In this document: in pieces, positions 32,325 through 41,553 of the stretch
How the letters are laid out: every line of letters starts with the position of its first letter
How positions within the stretch are numbered: the first letter of the stretch is position 1
From: Bacillota bacterium
GTDB lineage: Bacteria; Bacillota_I; Bacilli_A; Erysipelotrichales; Erysipelotrichaceae
DNA length: 64,000 bases
Reading direction: 5' to 3'
Assembly: GCA_018065105.1 (NCBI GenBank)
Contig: JAGHTX010000163.1
Coordinates: 14,100-78,099, forward strand
Translations under genes and position numbers: made by a program
Notes under the pieces: model-generated
What the model was told of the DNA's origin: nothing
What the model saw: only the letters and a program-made list of their open reading frames with translations
Databases searched by the model: none

Positions 32325-32705
32325 ATATGAAATTCATAAGCAGATATCATATGTAATAATCCAAAAGACATACATGGACAAACAATCAGATTCGACCGTT
32401 TTTATAATATGAATTATCACATGAAAATATATATGAATGTTCATAAATGAGGGTGGATAACCACGTGGATAAAGTAAAACTACACAAATGTAAAATATCA
32501 ATAAAATATGAATTTCATATAGTAAAAAATTAATTCATATGAATGTGAAATACAAAAATGTGAAAATCATAAATAAGGTTTTTAAGAAATATGAAAATCA
32601 GATATTGCATGGGTTTTGTTATGATAATCGAGATTAAAAATCATATGAAAAATAAAAGAAGATATCTTGAAATATTCTTAATCATATGATAAAAATATGA
32701 TTAAG
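32325..32705. repeat. cluster of ATTCATATGAAT / ATATGAA palindromic motifs (array 2) in a 560-bp gene-free region
   Basis: ATATGAAATTCAT at 32325. ATATGAAT at 32407. ATATGAATGTTCAT at 32431. ATATGAATTTCATAT at 32506-32520 (15-nt perfect palindrome). ATTCATATGAAT at 32533-32544 (12-nt perfect palindrome). ATATGAAA at 32589. TCATATGAA at 32641. CTTAATCATAT-(7 nt)-ATATGATTAAG at 32677-32705. Confidence 0.8.
32452..32472 (-). promoter_or_regulatory. pair of DnaA-box-like sites
   Basis: GGTGGATAA (32452-32460, i.e. TTATCCACC) and CGTGGATAA (32464-32472, i.e. TTATCCACG). Each matches TTATCCACA at 8 of 9 positions. Same orientation, 12-bp register. Confidence 0.5.
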
Positions 32706-32828
32706 AATATAACAGAAATAATGTACAGAAACATTACTGATATATTGTGTTTTTATAAGCTAAATGATATAATCCAATCGCTCGTTCCAAATTATAGATT
32801 AGGAAAGTCATAGGAAGGGGGATTATCT

Positions 32829-33419
32829 ATGTTGGATTTCGATGAGTCAATTGATGTTTTTTATGATATGGATATTGCCCAAATCTGTGAACATTTCGGA
32901 AAATCAAGAAATACGGTAGACAAAGCTGTTGCTAAATTAATGAAGGATTATCCTAACTCTGGATGGAAGTATAAGAACCCTGAGAGCAAAAGAATCACGA
33001 TCAAAGCTGAAGGAGTCGAAAAATTATCGACATATTTTCGTAAAGAGAAACATGAAATATCTGCAGTTGAATCTGAATTAAGATATGAAAATGAGAAATT
33101 AAAAGCAATTATTGAAGAAAAAGAAAAAGCACAAGAAAAAATTGAAATGTTGTATCAAGAAAGATTACGTCTTGAAATTGAAAAGAATCGTCAAACATTC
33201 TTAATCGAACAGAAGAATAAAGAAGATATTATTCAACAAAAAGATACACAGATTGAAACTTTAGAAAATGACAATAGGGTTTTAAAAGAAAAAAATGTAG
33301 AATTACTAGAAGAATCTGAAAAGAAAGTGGAATTGGAGAAAGAATTAGAAGAACTAAGAAAAAAAGAAGAAGAATACAATTCTAAATCCTTCTTCTATCG
33401 TTTAACTCATAAGATTTAA
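32829..33419 (+). CDS. hypothetical protein: N-terminal helix-turn-helix-like domain plus long charged coiled coil
   Basis: An HTH-like segment (DIAQICEHFGKSRNTVDKAVAKL) is followed by about 110 aa of E/K/L heptad-rich sequence. GGAAGGGGG RBS. Extended -10 TGATATAAT at 32765-32773. Confidence 0.7.
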   Translation: MLDFDESIDVFYDMDIAQICEHFGKSRNTVDKAVAKLMKDYPNSGWKYKNPESKRITIKAEGVEKLSTYFRKEKHEISAVESELRYENEKLKAIIEEKEKAQEKIEMLYQERLRLEIEKNRQTFLIEQKNKEDIIQQKDTQIETLENDNRVLKEKNVELLEESEKKVELEKELEELRKKEEEYNSKSFFYRLTHKI

Positions 33420-33423
33420 TAAA

Positions 33424-33963
33424 TTATGCTCTGGCAATCTTGCTAGGGCAATTTTTTTCATATTCTTTTCCTATGACTGATAATAATTCGTTAAAAGCAG
33501 GAATTCCGTCATGAGGTTTCTTATATTCATATTCAATTTCATAATCTATATGAGAATCAAAGATTGTTTCATCTGCACATAGTTCCGCTTTTTCTAAATC
33601 ACATAGTCTACGATTTGTCGTAAAAGACATTTTTGGCTGTAATTCTGAAGCAGGAATTTCATATTTATTTAACCATCCAAGAACTTCTTCATCTGTAATT
33701 TCTGCCATAGTATTGGTGTTTACTTCTTTTTCTAATTCGATGTGAGAATCCGCACTGATTCTAATTTTTAAAGTGAAAATCTTTTTTTCTCCAATTGTTC
33801 GAATTCTGCAAGCTCCGTTAAGGGATTTTACATATCCATCTGATGTGTCGTAATAAGTATTTGTTTGTGACCAAGGATTCGTAAATTCATATGATTTCAC
33901 TATTTTTTCATATTCTTCTTTTGTAACTAAAATCTTTAATTCTTTTTCAATTTGGTTATACAT
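33424..33963 (-). CDS. CYTH-domain protein (YjbK-like triphosphate tunnel metalloenzyme)
   Basis: N-terminal EKELK (ExExK CYTH signature), about 180 aa. Divergent from NAD kinase, which matches the yjbK/ppnK neighbourhood of Bacilli. Confidence 0.7.
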   Translation of the reverse strand: MYNQIEKELKILVTKEEYEKIVKSYEFTNPWSQTNTYYDTSDGYVKSLNGACRIRTIGEKKIFTLKIRISADSHIELEKEVNTNTMAEITDEEVLGWLNKYEIPASELQPKMSFTTNRRLCDLEKAELCADETIFDSHIDYEIEYEYKKPHDGIPAFNELLSVIGKEYEKNCPSKIARA

Positions 33964-34022
33964 TTATTCATCACCTCAAAAAATATGCTACAATAAACAA
34001 GTAGAAAAAGGAAGTGCAGAAT

Positions 34023-34796
34023 ATGAGATTTTCTATTGTTGATCGTGGAGATACTTACTCCACAAGAATTACAGCTCGAATTATTGAAGAACTAACAAAC
34101 AATGGCTGGATTTTTGACTCTAACAAACCTGAGATTGTGATTTGTGTAGGTGGAGACGGAACCATTCTAAGAGCAATTCATGACAATATTCATGTAAACC
34201 CAAATCCTATGTATGTAGGAATCCACACAGGAACATTAGGATTCTTAACAGACTATGGAAAAGATGAATTGCCAGAATTTATTGATGATTTGATTCATTC
34301 AAAACCGATGATCAAGACAAATAAAATGTTAGAAGTTACTTTTCCGGAAAAAGGTGAAACTATCTATGCCTTAAATGAAGTTCGTTTGGAAAGCTTAGGA
34401 AAATCTTTAAAATTGGATGTATATATTGATGGAGAATTCTTTGAAACCACAAACGGTTCCGGAGTATGTGTAAGTACACAAGCAGGATCTACAGCTGTTA
34501 ATAGAGCGTTATCTGGTGCTGTTGTTGACTCTGAATTAAATATCATGCAATTTTGTGAAATAATGCCTCTTTCTCATATGAAACATCACTCATTGCGAAA
34601 TCCATATATTATGAATGAAAATAGATATGTGACAATCAAAGGGGAGTCATTAGCATATGTAAATGCTTATTACGATCATTTGGCTAAATCGTTAGAAGGC
34701 ATTACAGTCATTGAGATTAAGACATCTCAAAAAAAGGTAAGATTTGCAAGATATAGAACATATTCATATTTAAAACGATTAAAGAACTTATATTAA
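34023..34796 (+). CDS. nadK: NAD kinase
   Basis: Motifs GGDGTILRA and a TPTGSTAY-equivalent (STQAGSTAVNRA). Start set to ATG 34023 (AAAGGAAG upstream) rather than GTG 34014. Confidence 0.88.
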   Translation: MRFSIVDRGDTYSTRITARIIEELTNNGWIFDSNKPEIVICVGGDGTILRAIHDNIHVNPNPMYVGIHTGTLGFLTDYGKDELPEFIDDLIHSKPMIKTNKMLEVTFPEKGETIYALNEVRLESLGKSLKLDVYIDGEFFETTNGSGVCVSTQAGSTAVNRALSGAVVDSELNIMQFCEIMPLSHMKHHSLRNPYIMNENRYVTIKGESLAYVNAYYDHLAKSLEGITVIEIKTSQKKVRFARYRTYSYLKRLKNLY

Positions 34797-34840
34797 AAAA
34801 ATAGGATATATTTCTTCGTGAAATATATCCTTTGTTAATT
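34795..34840. terminator. bidirectional terminator between convergent nadK and the SEDS gene
   Basis: Perfect 11-bp hairpin AGGATATATTT-CTTCGTG-AAATATATCCT, flanked by an A-run upstream and a T-rich tract downstream. Confidence 0.7.
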
Positions 34841-36112
34841 TTATGAAATCTTTTTTCTATTTAATTGTTTAATAGTACGATCAATGGCTGCACCTAATCC
34901 TTCAAATGGATTAGTAATGTTAATTGTCTTTTTCTTTACTGGAGAAATGTTTAATACAATCGCAAACGATAAGAAGTAAGATAAGATACTACTTCCTCCA
35001 TAGCTAATCAGTGGAAGGGTAATACCTGTGATCGGTAATAATCCTACGATCATTGCAGTATTTTGAATTTGTTGATATAAAAGCATCGCAACAACCCCAA
35101 TAACAATTAATCGGTCGACTCGCTTTTTAGATATATAAGCTATACGTAATAAATAGATATCCAAAATGATACAAATTAGAATGATAATCGTAGTTCCAAA
35201 TAATCCGAAGCATTGTCCGATGGCCGCAAAGATGAAATCCGTGTGGGCTTCTGGAATAGAAATAATATCTGCCTGTAAACCATATCCAGTTAAACCAGCA
35301 CTACCAAGAGATAATAAGGATGTATATAACTGGTTGGAACTTCCTAAGATATTACTTTCTGGATCTAGCCAGGCATCAATTCTCTGTAGACGATACGCCG
35401 AGAAAATAGAAATCAAGATATCTTTTTGGAATACGTATAATATGAAAAATACTCCAACCACAAAGAAAATCATACCAAAGAATAAGTAAATGTAACCTCT
35501 ACGAATTCCACATAACATCAGGATAATTAAAGTTGTAAATCCAATAATCAAACACAATCCGGTATCGGGTTGTAAGAAGATCAGGAATAGTGGTGGTACT
35601 AAGAACTTAGCTAATTGAATCAACATTTGAAAGTCTTCTTTGATAGAAGGTGTCGGGTGCTTTTCTTGATAATGGGCAATTGTCTGTGCTGTCATAACGA
35701 TTAACACGATTTTGATAAATTCACTTGGTTGGAAAGAACCAATAGCGGGAATCTGGAACCAGCTGATGGCTCCGTTAACAGGACGTGTTAAGGGAAGTGT
35801 TCTTCCGGTAAATTTGAAAAGCAGCATAGAAAAAAATAAGTAAAGAAGTGCATACATTAAATAACGATAAGCAACTTTTACATATTTAAAGATAATTTCG
35901 TTTTGCATCTTTGACAAAACATACATTACGAAGAATCCAACGCCATACCACATTCCTTGTTTTGCTAAGTAAGACATACCTGAACCAATTTTGATTAAGT
36001 TGAAGGCATTATATAGAGAAAAAAGGCTAATGGATCCTAAAATTAATAAAATCAGAATAAATCCAAAATCTGTTTGAATCTGTTTATCACGATATTGAAT
36101 GGTTTGTTTCAA
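34841..36112 (-). CDS. FtsW/RodA/SpoVE (SEDS) family peptidoglycan polymerase
   Basis: About 10 TM segments with SEDS motifs (QPSEF.K, LQPD.G, PE..TDFIFA, PLISYGGSS). Confidence 0.88.
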   Translation of the reverse strand: MKQTIQYRDKQIQTDFGFILILLILGSISLFSLYNAFNLIKIGSGMSYLAKQGMWYGVGFFVMYVLSKMQNEIIFKYVKVAYRYLMYALLYLFFSMLLFKFTGRTLPLTRPVNGAISWFQIPAIGSFQPSEFIKIVLIVMTAQTIAHYQEKHPTPSIKEDFQMLIQLAKFLVPPLFLIFLQPDTGLCLIIGFTTLIILMLCGIRRGYIYLFFGMIFFVVGVFFILYVFQKDILISIFSAYRLQRIDAWLDPESNILGSSNQLYTSLLSLGSAGLTGYGLQADIISIPEAHTDFIFAAIGQCFGLFGTTIIILICIILDIYLLRIAYISKKRVDRLIVIGVVAMLLYQQIQNTAMIVGLLPITGITLPLISYGGSSILSYFLSFAIVLNISPVKKKTINITNPFEGLGAAIDRTIKQLNRKKIS

Positions 36113-36265
36113 AGTAATTCACTCCTTTTAACATTTAGTAGTATAACATACTTTTTCTTATCTCCCCAATAATGAGAAATTTTACATAAAGATACAATAT
36201 TAGACAATAGGAGTGCAATAGAAAATATTTAAAATATTTAGTATAATAAGTCGGTAGAGGTAAAT

Positions 36266-38791
36266 ATGAAAGAAAAAAAATATACACCGATGATGAGTCA
36301 CTACTTAGAATTAAAAGAAAAGAATCCGGATTCGATCCTTTTCTATCGTTTAGGTGACTTTTATGAAATGTTTTTTGAAGATGCGAAAACCGCAAGTCAA
36401 GAATTAGATTTAGTATTAACAGGGCGTTCTGCCGGAGTAGAAGAAAAGGTTCCAATGTGTGGAATTCCTTTTCATGCTGCCAATTCATATATTCAAAGAT
36501 TAGTAAAAAAAGGATACAAAGTAGCTATTTGTGAACAATTAAGTGATCCAGCTACATCCAAAGGACTCGTAGACCGAGACATTATAAAAATTGTTACACC
36601 AGGTACTTGGATGGATGAAAATATGGAAGCTAAAAGTAATAACTACATGGCTTCTATTGCGATGTCTAGTTATGACATCAGCATTATTTATTGTGAACTA
36701 AGTACTGGAGAATTAAAATTTCAAACGATTGAACGATCTTTGGTCACTTTACAAAAAACTCTTTTAGAACAAAATATTTCAGAGTTGGTATGTCCTTTAG
36801 GAATGGATAAAAAATGGATTTCTGCTTTAGAAGAAATGGGAAGCTTTTTAGTATCTTTCCAAAGAAAATGTGAATTAGAAGAAAAAGATCAATACCTATT
36901 AACTGAAGAAGTAAATCAAACTTGTACAAATGCGTTTGTACAATTGATGGGATATTTAAAAGAAACCCAAAAACAACACATCGAACATTTCTTACCAATC
37001 GAATCCATGGATAAAGAAAGAGTGTTGGTAATGGATTACGAAACGAAACAACACTTAGACTTGGTGCATGAAAATAAAGCACAATCCCTATGGTCTTTTA
37101 TGGATCTTTGTAAGAGTGCGATGGGATCTCGTTTATTAAAAAGATGGATCGAGTATCCTTTGATAACACCATCCGCTATTGCCAAAAGGCAACGAGCTGT
37201 AATGATGTTAAAAGAAAACTTCATGTTACGAGAAGAATTAAAAGAACACTTAATCTATATCTATGATATGGAAAGACTAGCTAGTCGTATGGCATATGGG
37301 ACTGCAAGCCCTAGAGATGTTCTACAATTATCTGCTTCTTTGGAACATGCGAAACCTATTCTAGATTTGGCTTCTCAATTGGAAAGTTATCCAGAATTCT
37401 CAACGATTGATTCTTGTCAAGATTTGTTCCAGGAAATTCAAGGCGCTATTATAGAAAATCCTCCGATGAACTTAAAAGATGGAGGAGTTTTCACAACCGG
37501 ATACAATGCGGAGTTAGATGAGTTGCGAGAAATTGCGGCAAATGGAAAGAATTTTATCCTTTCTCTAGAAAACAAAGAAAGAGAAAGAACCGGAGTCAAA
37601 TCTTTAAAAATCGGATACAATCGTGTATTCGGCTATTATATCGAAGTAAGAAACGGAAATTTAGGGGCAATCAAAGATGAGTTTGGATATATTCCAAAAC
37701 AAACTTTAACCAATGCCACTCGTTTTATGACGCAAGAATTGAAACAAAAAGAAGAACAAATTCTTCATGCACAAGAAGAAAAGGTTCGTAAAGAACAAGA
37801 ATTATTTAGAAATTTATTAGATCGTATCAAACAAGATTTATTCCCGTTACATGCTTGTGCAAAAGCCCTAGCAACCATTGATGTATTGGTATCTATGGCT
37901 ACTTTAGCCAACAATAAGGGATATATCTGTCCTGTTTTCCATCCAGAAAGAAAAATCTGTATTGAAGAAGGAAAACACCCAATTTTGGATGATCGTATGA
38001 AAAAGAAGAAATATGTATCCAACAATTGGGAAATGGATGAACAAACACATATTCAATTGATTACCGGACCAAACATGGGAGGTAAATCAACGTATATGCG
38101 ACAAAATGCATTGATTATTATCATGGCGCAAATAGGTAGCTTTGTTCCAGCTAAAAAAGCAGAACTTCCAATTTTTGACCGTATTTTTACTCGTATCGGA
38201 GCCAGTGATGACATTCTAAGTGGAAAGTCAACTTTCATGGTAGAAATGATGGAAGCCAATGTGGCCCTAAGATATGCAACCGAAAACTCTTTGATTCTAT
38301 TTGATGAAATTGGAAGAGGGACATCTACTTACGATGGAATGGCTTTGGCGCAAGCTATGTTGGAATACATTAATGAAGCAATAGGCGCTAAAACTTTATT
38401 TTCAACCCACTATCATGAATTAACGGATTTAGAAGAAACCTATTCTTCGATTCAAAACATTCATGTAGATGTAAAAGAGAAAAAAGAGGAAATCGAATTC
38501 AGATACCGTATGATTCCTGGAAAAGCAGATAAATCTTATGGGGTCAATGTAGCTCGATTGGCACATTTACCAAAAGTTGTATTAAATCGTGCAACCGATC
38601 TAATTCATGAATTTGAAGGAAATCAAAATCACGATACATATCAACCAAACCTTTTTGTGATGGAAGCAGTGCAACCAGAAAAAAGTGAATTATTAGAAAG
38701 ATTAACGCAGTTAGATGTAGACTCTATGACACCAAGAGAAGCGTTAGATTGTTTATATGAACTAAAAAAATTAGCCAATAAAATAGAATAG
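36266..38791 (+). CDS. mutS: DNA mismatch repair protein MutS
   Basis: TPMM.QY...K......LF.R.GDFYE.F..DA, Walker A GPNMGGKST and DE.GRGTST.DG. Confidence 0.96.
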   Translation: MKEKKYTPMMSHYLELKEKNPDSILFYRLGDFYEMFFEDAKTASQELDLVLTGRSAGVEEKVPMCGIPFHAANSYIQRLVKKGYKVAICEQLSDPATSKGLVDRDIIKIVTPGTWMDENMEAKSNNYMASIAMSSYDISIIYCELSTGELKFQTIERSLVTLQKTLLEQNISELVCPLGMDKKWISALEEMGSFLVSFQRKCELEEKDQYLLTEEVNQTCTNAFVQLMGYLKETQKQHIEHFLPIESMDKERVLVMDYETKQHLDLVHENKAQSLWSFMDLCKSAMGSRLLKRWIEYPLITPSAIAKRQRAVMMLKENFMLREELKEHLIYIYDMERLASRMAYGTASPRDVLQLSASLEHAKPILDLASQLESYPEFSTIDSCQDLFQEIQGAIIENPPMNLKDGGVFTTGYNAELDELREIAANGKNFILSLENKERERTGVKSLKIGYNRVFGYYIEVRNGNLGAIKDEFGYIPKQTLTNATRFMTQELKQKEEQILHAQEEKVRKEQELFRNLLDRIKQDLFPLHACAKALATIDVLVSMATLANNKGYICPVFHPERKICIEEGKHPILDDRMKKKKYVSNNWEMDEQTHIQLITGPNMGGKSTYMRQNALIIIMAQIGSFVPAKKAELPIFDRIFTRIGASDDILSGKSTFMVEMMEANVALRYATENSLILFDEIGRGTSTYDGMALAQAMLEYINEAIGAKTLFSTHYHELTDLEETYSSIQNIHVDVKEKKEEIEFRYRMIPGKADKSYGVNVARLAHLPKVVLNRATDLIHEFEGNQNHDTYQPNLFVMEAVQPEKSELLERLTQLDVDSMTPREALDCLYELKKLANKIE

Positions 38792-38801
38792 GAGGGATTT
38801 T

Positions 38802-40649
38802 ATGTCATCCATTCATGTATTGAGTGAACACTTAACAAATATGATTGCGGCTGGAGAAGTTGTAGAACGACCAGCTGGGATTGTAAAAGAATGTGTAGAA
38901 AACAGTATAGATGCTCATGCCAAAACCATTGAAATTGAAGTGTTTCAGGGAGGTATTGAAAGCTTAATCATTACCGATGATGGAATCGGAATGGATTATG
39001 AAGATGCGCATATGGCTTTTATGCGACATGCCACAAGTAAGATGTTGAACGAAGAAGATTTGTTTAACATTGGAACGATGGGATTTCGTGGGGAAGCTAT
39101 CCCTAGTATTGCCAGTGTAGCCCATGTAGACTTACAAACAAACAATGGACAAGAAGGAAGTCACATTGTTTATGATTATGGACAATTAGTAACGGAAGAA
39201 CACGTTTCCGTTCCAAAAGGAACAAAAATTGAAATATCTGGTTTATTCTTAAAAACACCAGCTCGTTTCAAGCACTTAAAAAGCTATTCCTATGAATTTT
39301 CTGTTATTTCAGATTTAGTGAATAAGATGGCCTTAAGTCATCCAGAAATCCGTTTTATTCTTTCACAAGATGGAAGAGTGGTATTCCAAACCAGCGGAAA
39401 TGGAAGCTTAAAAGAAATCATTTATCAAATGTATGGAAATGAAGTCGCAAAAAATGCGATTGAATATGAAAATCATAACGAAGATTTTAAAATCAATGGA
39501 TTGGCAATCCAACCAAAAATATCTCGTGCAACAAAATATTTTATGTTTATTTCGTTAAACACAAGATTGATTCGTTCTGTGCCAATTCAAAAGGCTATAT
39601 TGGATGCCTATTCCGATTATATGCCATCCAATCGTTTTCCCATTGTGGTCCTACAAATTGAGTCTGACACACAATTAGTCGACGTAAATGTACACCCAAA
39701 CAAATGGGAAGTACGTTTATCCAAACAAGGGCAATTGTTGGAACTGGTTAAAGAAACACTACAAAAGGCGTTAGATGATTCTTTAAAAACGGTAGAAGTA
39801 CAAGAAAGAAAAAATGCATCCCCTGTTTTTGAACAACCAACCTTATCTTTCCCTTATCCAGTAAAAAAGGAAGAAGAAAAGCCAGTTGAAAAGAAAGTGG
39901 TACATGCACCACCAGTAAAACAGGAAGACTATTCTTATATACCTAGAGAATTGCCAAAACAAAAGATGAAAATTGAAGAATCTTTCTTTGATTATCAACC
40001 CGTTGTTGAAAAAGAAATATCCTATCCCACACCGATTGTACATCAAGAAGAAAAGGATACAGGAAAAGAATTTTTCTATCATCTTCAAGTTATTGGACAA
40101 CTCCATGATTCCTATATTCTTTGCAGCAACGAAAAGGGGCTAGTTGTGATTGACCAACATGCGGCCCAAGAACGATATCACTATGAACAAATCAAGGATG
40201 TTTTAGAAAAGCCTTGTACAAATATGCAACCATTGATGTTACCAATTCAATTGAATGTAACACCGAATGTATTAGCCTTAATTGATCAAATTAATGCGAA
40301 AACTGATTTCTTTGGACTACATTTTGAACAATTTGGCGATGATCAAGTTATTGTTCGAGAAATTCCATTGTGGTTCCAAGATGTATATGAAGAAGATTTC
40401 TTACAAGATTTAATCGATTATTTTATTCAAAATAAAGAAGTGGATATGGCAAGTCTTAGAAAACATGTCTTAGCAACAACGGCTTGTCACAGTTCGATTC
40501 GTTTCAATCGTCCATTAAGTATGGCAGAAATGAAAAAAGTGATTACGGACTTACAAAACTGTAAACAACCATATCATTGTCCGCATGGTAGACCAACGGT
40601 CATTACCATCAGCAATACACAACTCAGAAAGGAGTTTGAACGTGAGTAA
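38802..40649 (+). CDS. mutL: DNA mismatch repair protein MutL
   Basis: I..L......IAAGEVVERPA...KE.VENSIDA (GHKL ATPase), a C-terminal endonuclease motif region and CPHGRP. Confidence 0.95.
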   Translation: MSSIHVLSEHLTNMIAAGEVVERPAGIVKECVENSIDAHAKTIEIEVFQGGIESLIITDDGIGMDYEDAHMAFMRHATSKMLNEEDLFNIGTMGFRGEAIPSIASVAHVDLQTNNGQEGSHIVYDYGQLVTEEHVSVPKGTKIEISGLFLKTPARFKHLKSYSYEFSVISDLVNKMALSHPEIRFILSQDGRVVFQTSGNGSLKEIIYQMYGNEVAKNAIEYENHNEDFKINGLAIQPKISRATKYFMFISLNTRLIRSVPIQKAILDAYSDYMPSNRFPIVVLQIESDTQLVDVNVHPNKWEVRLSKQGQLLELVKETLQKALDDSLKTVEVQERKNASPVFEQPTLSFPYPVKKEEEKPVEKKVVHAPPVKQEDYSYIPRELPKQKMKIEESFFDYQPVVEKEISYPTPIVHQEEKDTGKEFFYHLQVIGQLHDSYILCSNEKGLVVIDQHAAQERYHYEQIKDVLEKPCTNMQPLMLPIQLNVTPNVLALIDQINAKTDFFGLHFEQFGDDQVIVREIPLWFQDVYEEDFLQDLIDYFIQNKEVDMASLRKHVLATTACHSSIRFNRPLSMAEMKKVITDLQNCKQPYHCPHGRPTVITISNTQLRKEFERE

Positions 40650-41553
40650 ACAAAAAGTCCTTGCGATTGTCGGACCAACAGGCATTGGAAAAACCAGCTT
40701 ATCCGTACAACTTGCGAAACAGTTTAATGGAGAAATCATCTCATGCGATAGTATGCAAGTTTATCGAAAAATGGATGTTGGAACCGCCAAAGTAACTCCA
40801 GAAGAAATGGAAGGAATTCCACATTATTTGATTGATGTACAAGATATTGATGAAGATTACAATGTGAAAATCTTTCAAGAGAAATGTCGTGCAAGCATTG
40901 ATACTATCGTGAAAAAAGGAAAATTTCCGATTCTATGCGGAGGAACGGGATTGTATTTAAAAGCGGCGCTTTACGATTATACTTTTGATGAAGAAGAGGA
41001 AGATAGCGAATATACAAGTTATCTACAATCGCTTTCCAACGAAGAATTGTATGAAATGCTGAAAAAGGAAGATGAAAAAGCTTTAGAGAAAATTCATCCA
41101 AACAATCGCCAAAGACTTATCCGTGCTCTACAAATTGCTCATACAGGACAAACGAAATCAGCTCGTGAAGAAAGTCAAAAACACGAACCATTATATGACG
41201 TATATTTTCTTGGCTTAGATATGGACCGTTCTTTATTACATGAGAGAATCAACAAAAGAGTGGATATCATGTTTGAAAACGGACTGGTCAAAGAAGTTGA
41301 GGCACTCTTTTCAAATCCTGAAACTTGGAACTATAACAGTTTTATGGGAATAGGATATAAGGAATTTAAGGCGTATTTCTTAAAAGAAAAAACAATCGAA
41401 GAAGTAAAAACACAAATTCAAACAAATTCGAGAAGATACGCTAAAAAACAATATACATGGTTTAAGAACCAGATGGATGTCCACTGGTTTGAAAGAACCG
41501 ATCCAACAATCTCTCAACAAGTACAAGATTGGTTAGGAAGTGAATCGAAATGA
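40642..41553 (+). CDS. miaA: tRNA dimethylallyltransferase
   Basis: P-loop IVGPTGIGKTSLS and SCDSMQVY..MD.GTAK. Start set to GTG 40642 (AGGAG 7 nt upstream), overlapping the mutL stop. The track's ATG 40585 lies well inside mutL. Confidence 0.9.
   Translation: MSKQKVLAIVGPTGIGKTSLSVQLAKQFNGEIISCDSMQVYRKMDVGTAKVTPEEMEGIPHYLIDVQDIDEDYNVKIFQEKCRASIDTIVKKGKFPILCGGTGLYLKAALYDYTFDEEEEDSEYTSYLQSLSNEELYEMLKKEDEKALEKIHPNNRQRLIRALQIAHTGQTKSAREESQKHEPLYDVYFLGLDMDRSLLHERINKRVDIMFENGLVKEVEALFSNPETWNYNSFMGIGYKEFKAYFLKEKTIEEVKTQIQTNSRRYAKKQYTWFKNQMDVHWFERTDPTISQQVQDWLGSESK

Noticed and set aside
36135-36488. 117-aa minus-strand ORF overlapping the mutS start and the mutS/SEDS intergenic region
   Set aside because: It overlaps the well-supported mutS N-terminus and has neither an RBS nor conserved features.
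40585-40641. Upstream ATG start for miaA
   Set aside because: It would overlap mutL by 65 nt and has no RBS. GTG 40642 has AGGAG at ideal spacing and gives the canonical N-terminus directly before the P-loop.
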